NCBI GenBank assembly: GCA_000320545.1
Contig: ADNK01001780.1
Coordinates: 1-64,000, forward strand
Source: Bigelowiella natans CCMP2755
Taxonomy: Eukaryota > Protista > Cercozoa
DNA: 64,000 bases
Direction of reading: 5' to 3'
Below are positions 28,326 through 41,200 of the stretch, one piece after another; within the stretch, counting starts at the first letter, position 1; each line of letters begins with the position of its first letter. A program made the position numbers and the translations under genes. Below the pieces are notes generated by a model. It searched no databases, was not told the origin of the DNA, and worked only from the letters and a program-made list of their open reading frames with translations.

Positions 28326-29161
28326 ATTTTTGAAGGGAGAGAGGGAGGCACAATATGGCTTGGAATCCATGTAAACGAACGATTCTTTTAAATCCCGGAT
28401 TCATTCACATGAGCACTGATGTGTATTGTTATTCTCACCGATCCATCATGCTCACAGTGACACTGTAATCTGTGAATTCCTCAACATGTGCAGAGATGCT
28501 TGCGGAGTACGGTGCCGCAAATCCTATCAGAGACGAGAATACAGTCTTGCCGAAAGGAAGGCCCTAATATTGTGTTTGTTGAATATATTCATGGTCTTTT
28601 CCTCCCTTCAAAGAAATACCGTGGCACAAAATGTCGCACAACTAACTTCTTTCTCAGTTCATTTGAATAGCACAATTCCACACCTCACAAAACTTGAAGA
28701 TGTTGCTGTAGCGTTTAAAATGTTTTGGTCCTTTTGAAAAAAAGGCGATAGCTGCAGGGACAATAGCAATCAAGAACCCCTAAGAGATAACGACATATTG
28801 TTGTTATTGTTGTTTGTAGTGATGCAACTACTCCCAAGTGTTTCGGACGCAGATGATGCGCCGCCGCACTCGCAGTCAAGGATGCGACAAGAACAACTAA
28901 CTAACTAAATCGCGACGCTCGCAAAATTCCAAATTAAGCCAGCGACGTGTTGTAAAGCTACGGCGGGGATCAGATGGGCAAGGAGTTTTACAATGCTTTT
29001 TCTTCTTACTAGTAACTGCGTGAGGAAATGCGGGATCGCAACAAATGGGTAGACCAAATAGCCGATAAAGTGATCCTGAAAAGAAGGAGAGGGTAGAATT
29101 GTCGAGTAAAAAGAGTGCTCTCTTGTATGTTCGAGTTTGCAACTGCGGCTCTTACTTTCAT
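27473..29161 (-). CDS. DUF4442/YiiD-like hotdog-fold (PaaI-type thioesterase) protein; multi-exon, start uncertain
   Basis: Exons read RLYSRLIGFAAPYSASISAHVEEFTDYSVTVSMMDR|PWLRNPFSSIHAIALANLGELCSGL..|KGIPIRVDCSYKKKSRGKIT|..|VDAEMRDKHDDLVATCAVTWSFKRKKA*. N-x-x-x-S-I-H-A-x-A-L-x-N-L-x-E is the family motif. Confidence 0.8.
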
Positions 29162-30007
29162 TGGAGATTCGGGCGGGGGGGATCAACGAGGGAGACACTT
29201 CGGCTGTCTTTCCGATGATTTAAGTAGATGCTCAGGAATGTGTTACTGCGACAACCATATAGACGATGTCGCAGTATGATTTCGTAGGTGTTCGCTGGGA
29301 TGCGTTGTCGTACGACAATTTTCGCAGACGTTTTATGATGTAAATGCAAGGGATTTCCTGATTTCCAGGATTTCCTGATCTCCAGGATTTCTTCTCCCAC
29401 CAACCCAACCGAGTGCCCCTAAATGGGAAGTCAATCCTGTGGAATCGCTGCACTCATTCACTTATTCATTCATTCAGTAACACAAGCTTGATTCCGTTCC
29501 TCTTCATTGCCAAATGACAAATGTAAGGAGCTAACGTGGAACAGCCCGCGATGGCGTACAGAGACACGTCTAGATGCAGACGTAACACACATGCTTGCAG
29601 TGCCTGTTGCTTCATTTTAGCTGAGACAGAAGAATGAATGGCAACAATGTGCGAAAACATGACACACAATCGAGTGGGCTTGTCTATCGTTTCAATTCAT
29701 TCATTTCTACCGATGTAATGCAAACAACAAAGTATGCGCAAAACATGCGTCATTCACATGATGCACTGCCTGCAAATGGCCAAATGAATTATAAAATGAC
29801 TAGATGATGATTGAGCATGAATGCTGCTTAGAACACACTAATTAGTTGGAAGCATTTAATATGTAATAGTACGTGTGCTTTACGGCGGGATCATAGCTCT
29901 AAACGCGCACGGTGCATGTTTAGGTCTAGAGGTGATGGATGGGCAGAAAGCCCGTCTTCACTATGTTTAAGGTCGATATTCCTACTCCCTTTATTCTCAT
30001 TTTAACA

Positions 30008-31162
30008 TTAAAGCACCATGCACGCAACAAGGCGAGTAGTACAGGCTGCCGCTCGGAAGACGAATCCTGAATGAAAACAGATCATCATACATGAAGAAAT
30101 GAATGGAGGAAGAAAGAAAGAAGAAGGCGAAGCGTTCGTAATCTATCTGAAGAAGAATGTTGACACAAACACTGTTACCTGGGAGAAACAGAAGGGTCAC
30201 GTACCAGGGCTGAATATTAATTCGGACGAAGGATGAGATATTATTACGAATTTCCACTTTCAATGTGGACAAATGATAAACTACAATAGATATATAACCT
30301 CTATTTTCGGTGTAAATGCGTGTTGCATGCATGTTTACTTTGATATCGCACTAAACTCACAACTAGCATAACACACACATACACTAAGATACCATGTCTA
30401 CAATGATAGCCAGAAGCATCGCCTCGTAACATATACAACCGAAAGCCAGGCCCTGTAGAATAAAGACAAACACCACGATTGTTGGTAATTCTACTCAGAT
30501 CATACTAATCCTCCCTGATCACAAACAAAGAATGGTTTAACACTTAAAAAAAAAAAAAAAAGGCGCTGGGACTTATCATCGAGAGAGAGGGAAAAGAAAT
30601 CACAATATGGATATTCCGAGGCTTCTAATTTGCCCATATATGTATTGTATGTGTGCTTGTGTGTGTATATATGTGTGTTTTCATAGAAAGGAAGGACGAG
30701 AGGCAATTTGTAAAAAGTAGCATTTTACAGCTTCTAATACGCAATAATAGGGTGATTGTAATAAGGAAAACTGTAATCACCAATTTCGACCCTAGATAGA
30801 GCCGCACAAGCGCAAATTCGCCTCCCATTTTCTTCTGAAGATACGATTGTGCAGTTTGCACACAAATATCACGCGAAGTGTAAGTCCACAATACGAATGG
30901 AAATTATCTAACAAGAGGGAGCAGCAAAGTTGTGTTGAACTGCAGAAGGAAGGAGCAACCTGGTGTCTTTTCAACACTTCGCCAAAGTACATAACGACCC
31001 CATGAGCCAGGATCTACGATATAGGTGGTAGTTTGCGTTTAAAGGTGAGTACCGTTAGTCGTCTCAGATTATTGGACTATGAGTGGTACGTATACCTCTA
31101 CGATGAAAATGCAGGATAAAAGCCCTAGTTCTGAGGTAAACGATATCAAATTATTCACACAT

Positions 31163-31198
<36 letters not shown>

Positions 31199-31919
31199 AC
31201 ATGCTTGTTGGAGGACAGGTGAACATACAAGCGAATGAAAGAAGATTCTTACTGAAAATGGGGTTGTGCATGCACATCGCTGCCTTGTATAACGCCAGAC
31301 TAGATGATATTCGATCAATGACCATGTCGAGGTAGTATCCAAGCTGTAGAAACATGAAATGAGCATCATCCTTTAGCATGTAGTCGTTTTTCGACTCAAC
31401 AGCAACCCTCGCACATGTTTCTAACGTAAAACCTTAGAGCATTGGTTGAAATATCTGGCTGCCTCTCCATCAATCGCATCTAGAAGGTAGCTACGAAAAT
31501 CATGGGGTCAAAAACTCAGCTGAAGATACAACAAATCGTTTGTGGAGATACATACCTTACGGAGTACCATGTAACGAAGTGCCAGTCACTTTCTGCATTG
31601 CCGTACATGGCGTAAACTAAAGAGACGACTCGCAAATAATCGATGATATTGGGAACATATAGAAATTCCACTGCCTTCGGAGGCCAACTAATCGTGAAAC
31701 AACAGGAGTACGTCAGCCACGTAGCACAAACTCCCTCTTCCAATCCAGCACCATCACTCCACTCGCAACACAACAAACACTCGCTTGTCTCTTTGTATTA
31801 GCCGATCTTCTAAGTGATATACGCGAACTCAAAGCGATTGGCTGGAACTGTTCAATGTGCCATGATAGGGAGAGAGCTAGAAATTTCTACCTTGGTTCCA
31901 GGGCCGACTTGGGTGCCAT
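30008..31919 (-). CDS. PIS1: CDP-alcohol phosphatidyltransferase, phosphatidylinositol-synthase-like; multi-exon
   Basis: FLYVPNIIDYLR followed by SYLLDAIDGEAARYFNQCSK|LGYYLDMVIDR, a complete D-x2-DG-x2-AR..G-x3-D-x3-D motif. The 3' end is approximate. Confidence 0.85.
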
Positions 31920-32437
31920 GGCGCTCGAACCCTAGTTTCGGCTGATGACGTATGAGGAACGCATTTCTGAATTTCGAATTTCGTCTTGCTGAGCATCTTC
32001 AACGAAGGCGATTTTACCTACAAAAAGTCAAACTTTCGATTTGTCTCTCATCCGAATTACGCGGGGTTCCAGACTTGGTGTTTGTTAAAATAAAAAGTCG
32101 CCCTCTTCAACGGTCAGAAATCCGGAGCTTCAAGAAAGAGCGCTGGGAAATCACTCCGATGCGACGGAGAAATATAGTGTAACATATATGTGCGACAATG
32201 TAAAAGACTCAAAAATTCGGAAATTTAGATAAAATATTGGGTATTCGAGCGCAGATCTGGCATATTTAGGTCTTTACACAAGCCGTGCGTTGGAGCAGTC
32301 CGGGTTACCAAATTGCCATCGAACAGAAATTGAATGCTAATACGAAATAACGACACAGAAATTATCGTGTCGCTTATTCGAATTTCCTCGTTCTCATCCA
32401 AAAAAATAGTGTCTTCGGCTGAAACTGCAAAAGTCGA

Positions 32438-33034
32438 ATGGAGAACCGCCAGCCCTCCAATAAGCCCTCTCAAGGGTCCGTTTACACCTACCCTTTTCAT
32501 TTTAGAATCGACAAATCATATAGTAAAGTATTCATCTGGATTATAGCGAGATTGTTTAGAGGAATCGGGCAGAATCGATTGCTTGCGAGCGTGTTTTCCC
32601 ATTCATGTGCAGAAGGACACAAAAAACTATAGCATTGTAAATGCGTAAAAACAACCACCATCGCCCATCGCATTCGTGTTAATTAAATGGGAAATATTAA
32701 AATACTACTGTCTTGAGAATTGCTAACTCCTCATGACATCGCAACTATCAGGCCATCACTGTCAAAGCATGGCAAACCAAAGAAGTGGAAGCTCTCCGAT
32801 TTCGAAATAGGACGACCTCTAGGAAGGTGCGAAGGGATTCGGAATACGTGAACATATATATATTTTGCCTAACAAGTGCTTATTCCAGGGGAAAGTTTGG
32901 AAATGTTTATCTGGCCAGGGAAAGAAAAACCAAGTTTATTCTTGCATTGAAGGTCAGCCTTCAGGAATCATTTTTTACTCATTTATCTGCGCAACTCCTC
33001 CTCGCGCTTATGTATATACATACATACATACATA

Positions 33035-33119
<85 letters not shown>

Positions 33120-34915
33120 ACGTATATGACAGTACTTTCCATCGTCATCATCATCATCATCATCGCTCCGCTCTATTCTTGCTGCAGGTCCTGTTCAAAA
33201 GCCAGCTCGCAAACGCAGGGGTGGAGCATCAGCTCCGAAGGGAAATAGAAATACAGTCTCACCTAAGGTAATAACACACCATCTACAATTTATGATTCAC
33301 CTCGCCCTTCTATAGATAACGAACTATCGTAATATTGTTCTTTTGATGAAAAGGCACAAGAATATTTTGAGGTTGTACGGTTATTTCTATGACTCGAATC
33401 GCGTCTATCTCATCCTTGAGTTCGCCAATGGAGGGGAACTCTACAAACAGGTTTGGATTTGAATAAGTTTCATGTGAAGCGCCATTGGGCAGACGCGGCA
33501 TCTTCTCATGCGAGACTTCTTTCTCCTTATTCGTGGTTTCAGCTGCAGAAAGCGGGGAAGTTTAATGAATCGAAGACAGCCGAGTATATCGGAGCTCTAG
33601 CAAACGCACTTGACTACTGCCACAAGCGGAATGTGATCCACCGAGATATCAAACCTGGTGAGGATGGGGGGGGGAGGCAATGTTTATAGGGGTGGCAGTA
33701 GCGAAAATCTTACATATCTACTGGAGAGAGTTAAAATATCCTGCGTTGGTGCCGTTTTCCAAGTGGCATCATATTGGGTGGTCAATTGATGATATACCGT
33801 GTTGTGTCCTTGCTTCTCCTTCCATCTTAGAAAATCTGCTGCTCGGTACAAACGGGCAGCTGAAGATCGCTGATTTTGGGTGGTCCGTGCATGCGCCAAA
33901 TGCCAGACGACAGGTGGGCAGAGACCTGCGTGCGTGGATGAGTGTGCGTGGGCAATTAGACAAATTTTCGAGAAATCTTTCCTTTCACGATGAGTTTCGA
34001 CTTCCATATATCTCTATCACCTTGGTGTGAGTCACCCTCCTCTTCCTCCTCCCCCTCCTCTTCCGCCTCCCCCTCCTCCTCCTCCTCCTCCTCTACCACC
34101 ACATCTCAGACATTATGCGGAACCCTGGACTATCTCCCTCCTGAAATGGTGGAAGGAAAGGAACACAACTGTAAGAAGAATAAATGAACGATTGTGAGCA
34201 AAAGATGGACAATGTGAAAACGCTAATAACCAACCCCCCCCTCTCCCTCTTATTGTCATTCTTTGTACAGTTGCGGTTGATGTTTGGAGCCTCGGGGTTT
34301 TAATGTATGAGTTTCTTGTGGGAGATCCTCCGTTCGAAGCAGAAGGTACTTGGGGATGCGGTACATTAGTGGTCGATTGGGGGGGGGGGGGGGATTTCAA
34401 AGTCATAATCATCACCGGATTTGTAAAATAGCGGTACAATTCACTGTCGGTGTTAGTCCCGCTACTTAGTCTTAATGATCTCACAGCAGCAGGGGATAAA
34501 AATATACGTTTTTATATATTTATTATACATACGATATAAGAATCAATCCTCACAACGTTCTTCTACCACGCCCCTCTTCCTATTGCACGATGTCAGGCCA
34601 TAACGAAACGTATAGGCGAATATCACGAGTTGACCTACATTTCCCTTCTTTCGTCAGCAAGGAGGCTCGAGATCTGATCTCAAAGGTTTTCCCCTCTTGT
34701 TCCGATAACATGTGGTGCTAAAAGATCGGTGATGGCGGTGTGGTGTTTATCCCTCAGTCGCATCATCCGTCTTAGATATGTGTCTTTGTGCTCGTGTGTT
34801 TTTACTCTCCGTCCCCCAGCTCCTCGTCAAAGACCCAAGAAAACGACTTCCTTTAAAAGATGTGCAAAAACACCCATTTATTGTTAAAAACTTGAAAAGT
34901 ACCTCCAAGGCATAA
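32438..34915 (+). CDS. AURK: Aurora kinase with a short N-terminus; multi-exon
   Basis: [14 protein letters not shown]|[15 protein letters not shown]|[23 protein letters not shown]|H..HRDIKP|[22 protein letters not shown]|[24 protein letters not shown]. Confidence 0.97.
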
Positions 34916-35317
34916 GATGCACATGGAAGAAGCTTTAGTTTAATGTAAAGTCCCACTCCGTTTTCATGCCGAGACTGCTGAGAGTAAATAGAAGGAATAG
35001 GGGAGGGTCAGCACAACAATTCATCGCCGACTCACAATCGGAAGATTATTGTTATTGAATCACATTAGTATTCGTAATATGTGAGAGGGATAGCTTATCA
35101 AAAATCTCGATGCACGAATAATAAAACCTTCCTTGTTCGGCGATGGTGCAGCGAAAATAGTAATAAGATGATGAATTGCAAAGAGTATATGCCTATGACA
35201 GCTATTACGCGAAAATAAAAGCAAAAGGCACACAGTGTGCAATGAAAACGTGCATGCTGCACTCGCTCATCACCGTATCTAGTTTGCCTACATACCGCCA
35301 GCTAGCTAGCCAGCAGA

Positions 35318-35325
35318 CAGCAATA

Positions 35326-35368
<43 letters not shown>

Positions 35369-35535
35369 GTATTGCATGTCTACCATTCGTTACATGTAAC
35401 AGAGCAGCTACGTATGCTAGTATGCCACCGTACATATACTAGCTAGCTGCTAAAGCATGTGGCCATAGCTAGATATCCATGTGCGTGTACATACATGCAA
35501 TACACAATATATATATTATATATAGTGTATTGCTG
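35318..35535. repeat. Fold-back element: inverted arms built around (TA)n, enclosing about 113 bp
   Basis: cagcaatacac(TA)n-ttgtgtattgcatgt (35318-35379) is mirrored by acatgcaatacacaa(TA)n-gtgtattgctg (35493-35535). Confidence 0.75.
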
Positions 35536-36459
35536 TGTCTATTATATGTACGTAGATAGCTGACAAAGGCTGAAAAAAATTCAAGAACTGCTGCACGCAA
35601 TGCGCGTCATCTTCGGTCGAAAGAGAATGCTTTTGCATGCATGAAGCACATCGTGGCAGAAACCAACAGACACAACATCAGCGCTGTAGCAGCTGCATTG
35701 CACAGCTACATCAGGATGACTATTGAAAAAATTTAATTTGTTCATTACATCCGTCTCATATAGCATAGTAGACGACGCATCGCATCGCATGCACACAGCG
35801 ACATGGTTGCCTTTAGCTTTCTAGTCTTATTTTTGCTCTATTTTTATCTGGTCATATTGAGCTAGCTAGCATGGACGTACGTCACAGCACAAATAATTGA
35901 TAGATGCGTCATTATTAATGCTTGCACATTGGATAGACATATTATAATATATGTCTTATCGCACGGGTAAAATCTAGAGAGCATGCACGTAGTACTAAGG
36001 GTAGCTAGCTAATAGTGTAGTATGATGCTGTCGCTGCTATGCACAGCTCTAGAGCTCTAGATAGAGAGCTAGACAGCTAGATAGCACAGCTCCAGCATAG
36101 CATAGCTCTAGAGCTAGGTAGTCTAGTGGTACTAGAGCATCGTAGCTCAACTGTAAAGCTTGCAGCTCGCCACTGCAAGGTTGTAAGTGCACACTCACAT
36201 GCAACGCAATGTCATGAGCTAGTTAGGCAAGATGGCATGTCATATCATGCATCAACACTAGAACGACTAGAGGATAGCGATGTGCAACTGATATGAGGTA
36301 AAAGCTACATGTTTAAGGAAAAACAATGATGCAATTGGCGCAATTTTAAAGATCAACAAAGCTCGTCATAATACAGCACAAGGTGTAAGTAGCTAGATTT
36401 GGCGAACAATTCGTAACGCTGACCGCATGGTCGTCGATCCACATATATACTACGACACA

Positions 36460-37485
36460 TTAGTACTTTGCATGTTTGTCTGACTCATACTCCCAGCCCC
36501 CATGGCTCATGTCATGCATCCCTCGCTGCTGTCCACCACCGCCTCCTCTTCTCATTCCCCTGCTATCTCTTGGTTGCCAAGCCCTGCCGCCTCCTCTTCC
36601 TCCCCGTCCTCCTCGCGAGTTGGAACCTCGACCTCGACCGCGACCTCTCATCATCTGACCCATGTTGCCACCCCCTCCCCGCCCCCCTCGCCCACCCCCT
36701 CTTCGGTGGTGCTGGTTCCTCATTCGCTGGGAGTAGGCCCTGTTGTTTTGGTTCTGGTGTGGGGGTGGGGCGTTATTGTAGCGTTCACGTGCAGGGTAGA
36801 TGCTGCCCACATTGGCTCCTCGTGACGGGTACCCCCCCCCCTCTCTACCGCCCTGGCCACGAATCTTATTGTGGGAGGAGGAGGAGGAGGGTTCGCCCCT
36901 ACGGTATTTACCACGGAAGTGACCGCTGGCTCCAGCAGCGCGCCTCTTCTCCTTGCGGCGTTTTTTGCTCTCCATTTCGTGGTGATTCTCCTTGTACCGC
37001 GGGTGTCTGGTAGTAGTTTACTGACATTAATCTCCGTGTAATGATGAGAGTGCATATTTTACATGTGTACGTGCGTGCGTGTATGGATTAAGAAGGTATT
37101 TTGTAAGATGAAATGATTGTTTCTTCGCATTACTCATCCTTCTTCATGGGCAGAGGTTCAATGTAGAAATAATTCCTAATGTGTAGGAGTAGATCATAAA
37201 GCGACCAAAAATCTCACCATTCATACACACGTGCATGTGCGCGAGAGAAAGGTAGAGAAGAGGGGGGGATAAGTCAAAAGAGTAAATACAATCTATTGCC
37301 CACGGGTGAACATGCACGCACACTCTACAGATCATGATTCTCATCTACGGAAGAAATTTATGGTGGATGGTGGATAGTCTTTTCTCCTACATTTCGTCCA
37401 AGGCCTGTTTAGCACTACATCTTTTCTTTGGATTTAACTGGAGGCACATGTCCAACAGTTTCACCGCTTCGTAGTCAGTGCTAAC

Positions 37486-37517
<32 letters not shown>

Positions 37518-37969
37518 TATTTACGCGCGTGTGTGTGTTTGTATACGTCTATTATAGTCATGCGGCTAATAAAAATAGTGAAACGGTAGATACACCTAGA
37601 GAACATCGATGGTAATTTCCTTGGCCTTTTGGGGGTTGGATCCGTGTAGAAGGACAACATTCTAGCTTCAGGCCAATCATTTGCGTCCGGTGTTCCGCAG
37701 ATCTGCAGTAAGCAGCACGCGTGGAACATAATGTCATGGAACCGGAAGAAATGCATAATCGATGGTAACGACCCGTGGCACATATGAACAGATGCGTGGG
37801 TGTTGTAAAGCCAAAAACGACAACAATAGCAGCAGCAGCAGCAGCAGCAATTAGAGCATAAACAACAAAGACGGCGACAAAAATGACATTGTAAATCTGT
37901 GTGAGTTGGTCAGGTACGGTAGCCCCTCTAAATAGACCCTTCCCATTTCCTGCATTAAACATAGAATAT

Positions 37970-38007
<38 letters not shown>

Positions 38008-38362
38008 ATAATATTTTTTGTTGAGTCTGTGCGCATGCGCGTACATTCAGAGCATTTTATGATTTTGTGTTGACACTGTTGGCGCAACCCATCATCATCA
38101 TCACCATCGTCATCATGATCATCATCGTCTCGTCGTCTTCGTTCTACATACTTAACATCTCTGCAAAGACGCATCCAGCTGACCACACATCGATCTTGTC
38201 GTCATACTTTTGGGTCCTACATGATGGTTATCATAATAGGACTAATGAAAATAATAATTGATCATTATAATAATAATAAAAATAACCATCAAGACCGTCG
38301 GTGATTCGGCTATCTACTTTCTCGTTAAGCGATCCCCACGCTTGTATGTAATACACCATATC

Positions 38363-38420
<58 letters not shown>

Positions 38421-41014
38421 TATATGAAATCGTACCCTAGCAACAACTCCGGGGCCCGGTACCACAAAGTCACGACTGTATTCGTGTACTGTTAATGTGT
38501 CAAGAAGAAGGAGAAGGATGAGAAGAAGAAGTAGAAGAAGAAGAAGAAGAAGAAGAAGAAGAGGGAGAGTAATGAGTCTTAGATTGACAGTGATGTTTGG
38601 TAATTGTTGCTACCTACCACACGCACGGCAAGAACTGGAAGAAGAAAAGAGAGAGTAGGAAAAATCAGAATGTAAGGAAGAAAGTTGTGACCCTTCCGCT
38701 GTTGTCCGCCACCCTTGCCAGCCTAAGAAAGGGTTATTATTCAACAACACACAACCATCAGTTGGACTTTATCGTAATCCTAGGGCTGTGACATGAAAGT
38801 AAAAAGGACGATCCTTGTCCTGTAGTTGCTATATCGCGGCGGGACACAAAGCAAGCTCACGTATTACTATTACCCGAAATCCGCAAGTTTCACATCTCCA
38901 TTATTCGAGATTAAAATATTCGCGCCTGGAAAAATGAAAGAGTGCATTAAGAAATTGGACATTCAATGGCGGAGGACGAGTTGGGAAAACGGTGGAAATA
39001 AAGAGGAGCAGGAAAGCAGCCGCAGTAGGTTCGTGTCTCCGAGCTACTACCTTTGATGTCGCGGTGGTAGACATTTTTTGAATGCTGAGGAGATCAAAGG
39101 AAGATGATAAAGGAAACACCGTTTAGGAAGAAGACGGTGAAGATGGATGATGAATAAATATGACAACGATGGCAGTACAATCTCAAAGATTGAGTATGGG
39201 TTTGGCTATTAGGAAGGGGATCACCAACCAAGTAATAGAGCGCCTCAAAGATGCAATGCATGTAGTATTTGATCTGCGAAGCCATGAAGGAGATGGGTGG
39301 GTCTGTATCCAACAGCCCCGTTAAGTCATGGTCGCAGTACTCGAACACCATGTAAACACTTCGATCTGGGCCTGATTATGAAGAGGAGGAGGAGAATGAG
39401 AGAGAGAGGGGGATGGGGGGTGAGAGAAGAGAGAGCGAGCATGCTTCTTATTATCGGGCGTTTTAGCACTATTTGCAAGCTCTTTGTATTAATCAAAGCT
39501 GGTGTAATTAAATACCAGAATCCGTGACCACATCGATAAGGTTGACTATGTTCTCGTGCGATAGCGCCTTCAGGATCTGTATTTCTCGCAATGCCGTGAT
39601 GGGGAACTAATCACCAGATGGTTAGCAAGGTAAAGGCGAGGAAGTTACAACGAAAGTAAACTGTAGGCTCATTATTGTGGGGTTCTCGCAAAAATATCCA
39701 TCATCGGAATATCAAACATACAAATAGAAAATTATAATAAAAGCCATACGGTTAACACCCACCCCTTCACTTGAGGCTCCTCTATCATCTCTTGTAGAGT
39801 CCTCTTTTATCTTCTTTAATGCTACTTTTGTTCCATCAGGCGCTACCCCTTCAAACACAGACCTGTTCAAACAATCAATTAAGAAAAATGCCGGAATCTT
39901 GAGTTTGGAATGAATGACATAACAGAAATCGTGGATATTTTCTGTTGAAGCAGTTGGCAGGAAAAAGTCATCAATGTTTTCAAATGTGAGTTTCCTGTCA
40001 ATTTTTAATAGAAATCGTTGTTGGGGAAAGCAACAAGTCATTAACAACAAAGTTGTGGATTGGGAAAGTGCGTAGAGAAAGCACTTTGGATGCAGCTATT
40101 TAATGAAAAAAAGAAGCAACACACCCATATGTGCCACATCCGATCTGGTTTTTCCTATTCATTCGGTACATCTGGACGGTCCGAGGCTTCCACTTTTTGG
40201 CTGAAGGAGGTTTGTGTGGTTGGGCCCCGCGGGGTCGATGCGAGCGATATCGGGAGCGCCTGGGATCTTGTTTCCGCAACCGTTCCTTTTCTCGCTCTCG
40301 CTGCCGAAAGAGCAAATTCAGATGAAAGTTGCTACTATCACATCCTCATGTTTTCCGATCTTCAGGATCTTAACTCACATGATGATAAATCTGGATGGGG
40401 ATGTACCTCATTTTTTAGACGCTCCGCTTCCTGGGAAAGAAAGGTTTAGAACTTAGTTTCTTTAAATTTCAATGATGTCCATCAAAGAAGGTTCGAAACC
40501 TGTAGAGAATCGGCTTTTCTATCTCTTTCTGCTTGTGTATTTGAGTCACGATTCGGTTCTCCTCCGTGAGCTCCTTTCAAGAATGACAAATTACCAATGG
40601 GTTATTCTCTTCCTCTTTCTTAAATTCAGTCAACTCCTTCCCCCCGTCTACTTGTTTTCTAATGCGGATCACTTAGAGGACCTTTGTCACTGGGAATTCG
40701 AGGGTTTGAATCCATCGGTGTCTCTCGAAGAGTTTTCTATCTACTCGTGGGGACTAGGGGAGGGGATGTGTTATTGATGTTGTTGTTGTTGTTGTTGTTG
40801 TTGTTGCGCAACCTACATTTGCCAAAAACATAGCTGGTAAAAAATATACCACTCTTTTATCCCACATCATATCTCAACATCCACCTGAGATTACAATGAC
40901 ATCTACCGTTCATTTTTATTTTCCCGTGAAAAGAGTTGCAACTAAACTAGGAAACTTCCTTGACTTTTCCTAGTGGACCTTTCTTGCATCGGCATCCTCG
41001 ATCAAGAAGGGCAT
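36460..41014 (-). CDS. Transcriptional cyclin-dependent kinase (CDK9/CDK12/CDKC group) with RGG-rich C-tail; 5' exons uncertain
   Basis: IGCGTYG|SVF..VALKKI..EG|FPITALREIQIL, MVFEYCDHDLTGLL, HRDIK|GANILI..KLADFG|LAR, YTNTVVTLWYRAPELLLG, and a C-terminal extension HHEMESKKRR. The last exon is Arg/Gly-rich. Confidence 0.92.
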
Positions 41015-41200
41015 TTGGCGTTTTTGTTCGGTCCTCTTCAGCTCAATTTTCATCAATTTAAGTGTATTGGAATTTGTCGTAGGATAAAAACACATGTCAT
41101 TTTTGTTTTATTTCACGAGTGTGGAGGCTCAGTTGCGTTCTAGCAGACAAAACTCAGAAACTGAAGGAATAATTGGACGGAACGGAAACGCACCTCTAAA

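Noticed and set aside
32225-32500. Minus-strand 91-aa ORF with a signal-peptide-like start
   Set aside because: It overlaps the Aurora first exon and the PIS/Aurora shared promoter, and has no family similarity or splice support.
8123-34915. Idea that neighbouring genes (DPH1, J-protein, SUOX, thioesterase, PIS, Aurora) form a functional cluster
   Set aside because: The functions are unrelated housekeeping roles. The J-protein is DNAJC22-like rather than DPH4 (no CSL zinc finger seen), so adjacency is not evidence of a pathway.
40573-40593. Possible 21-nt ultra-short intron in the CDK 5' region
   Set aside because: Alternative acceptors exist and the upstream exon chain cannot be fixed without transcripts.
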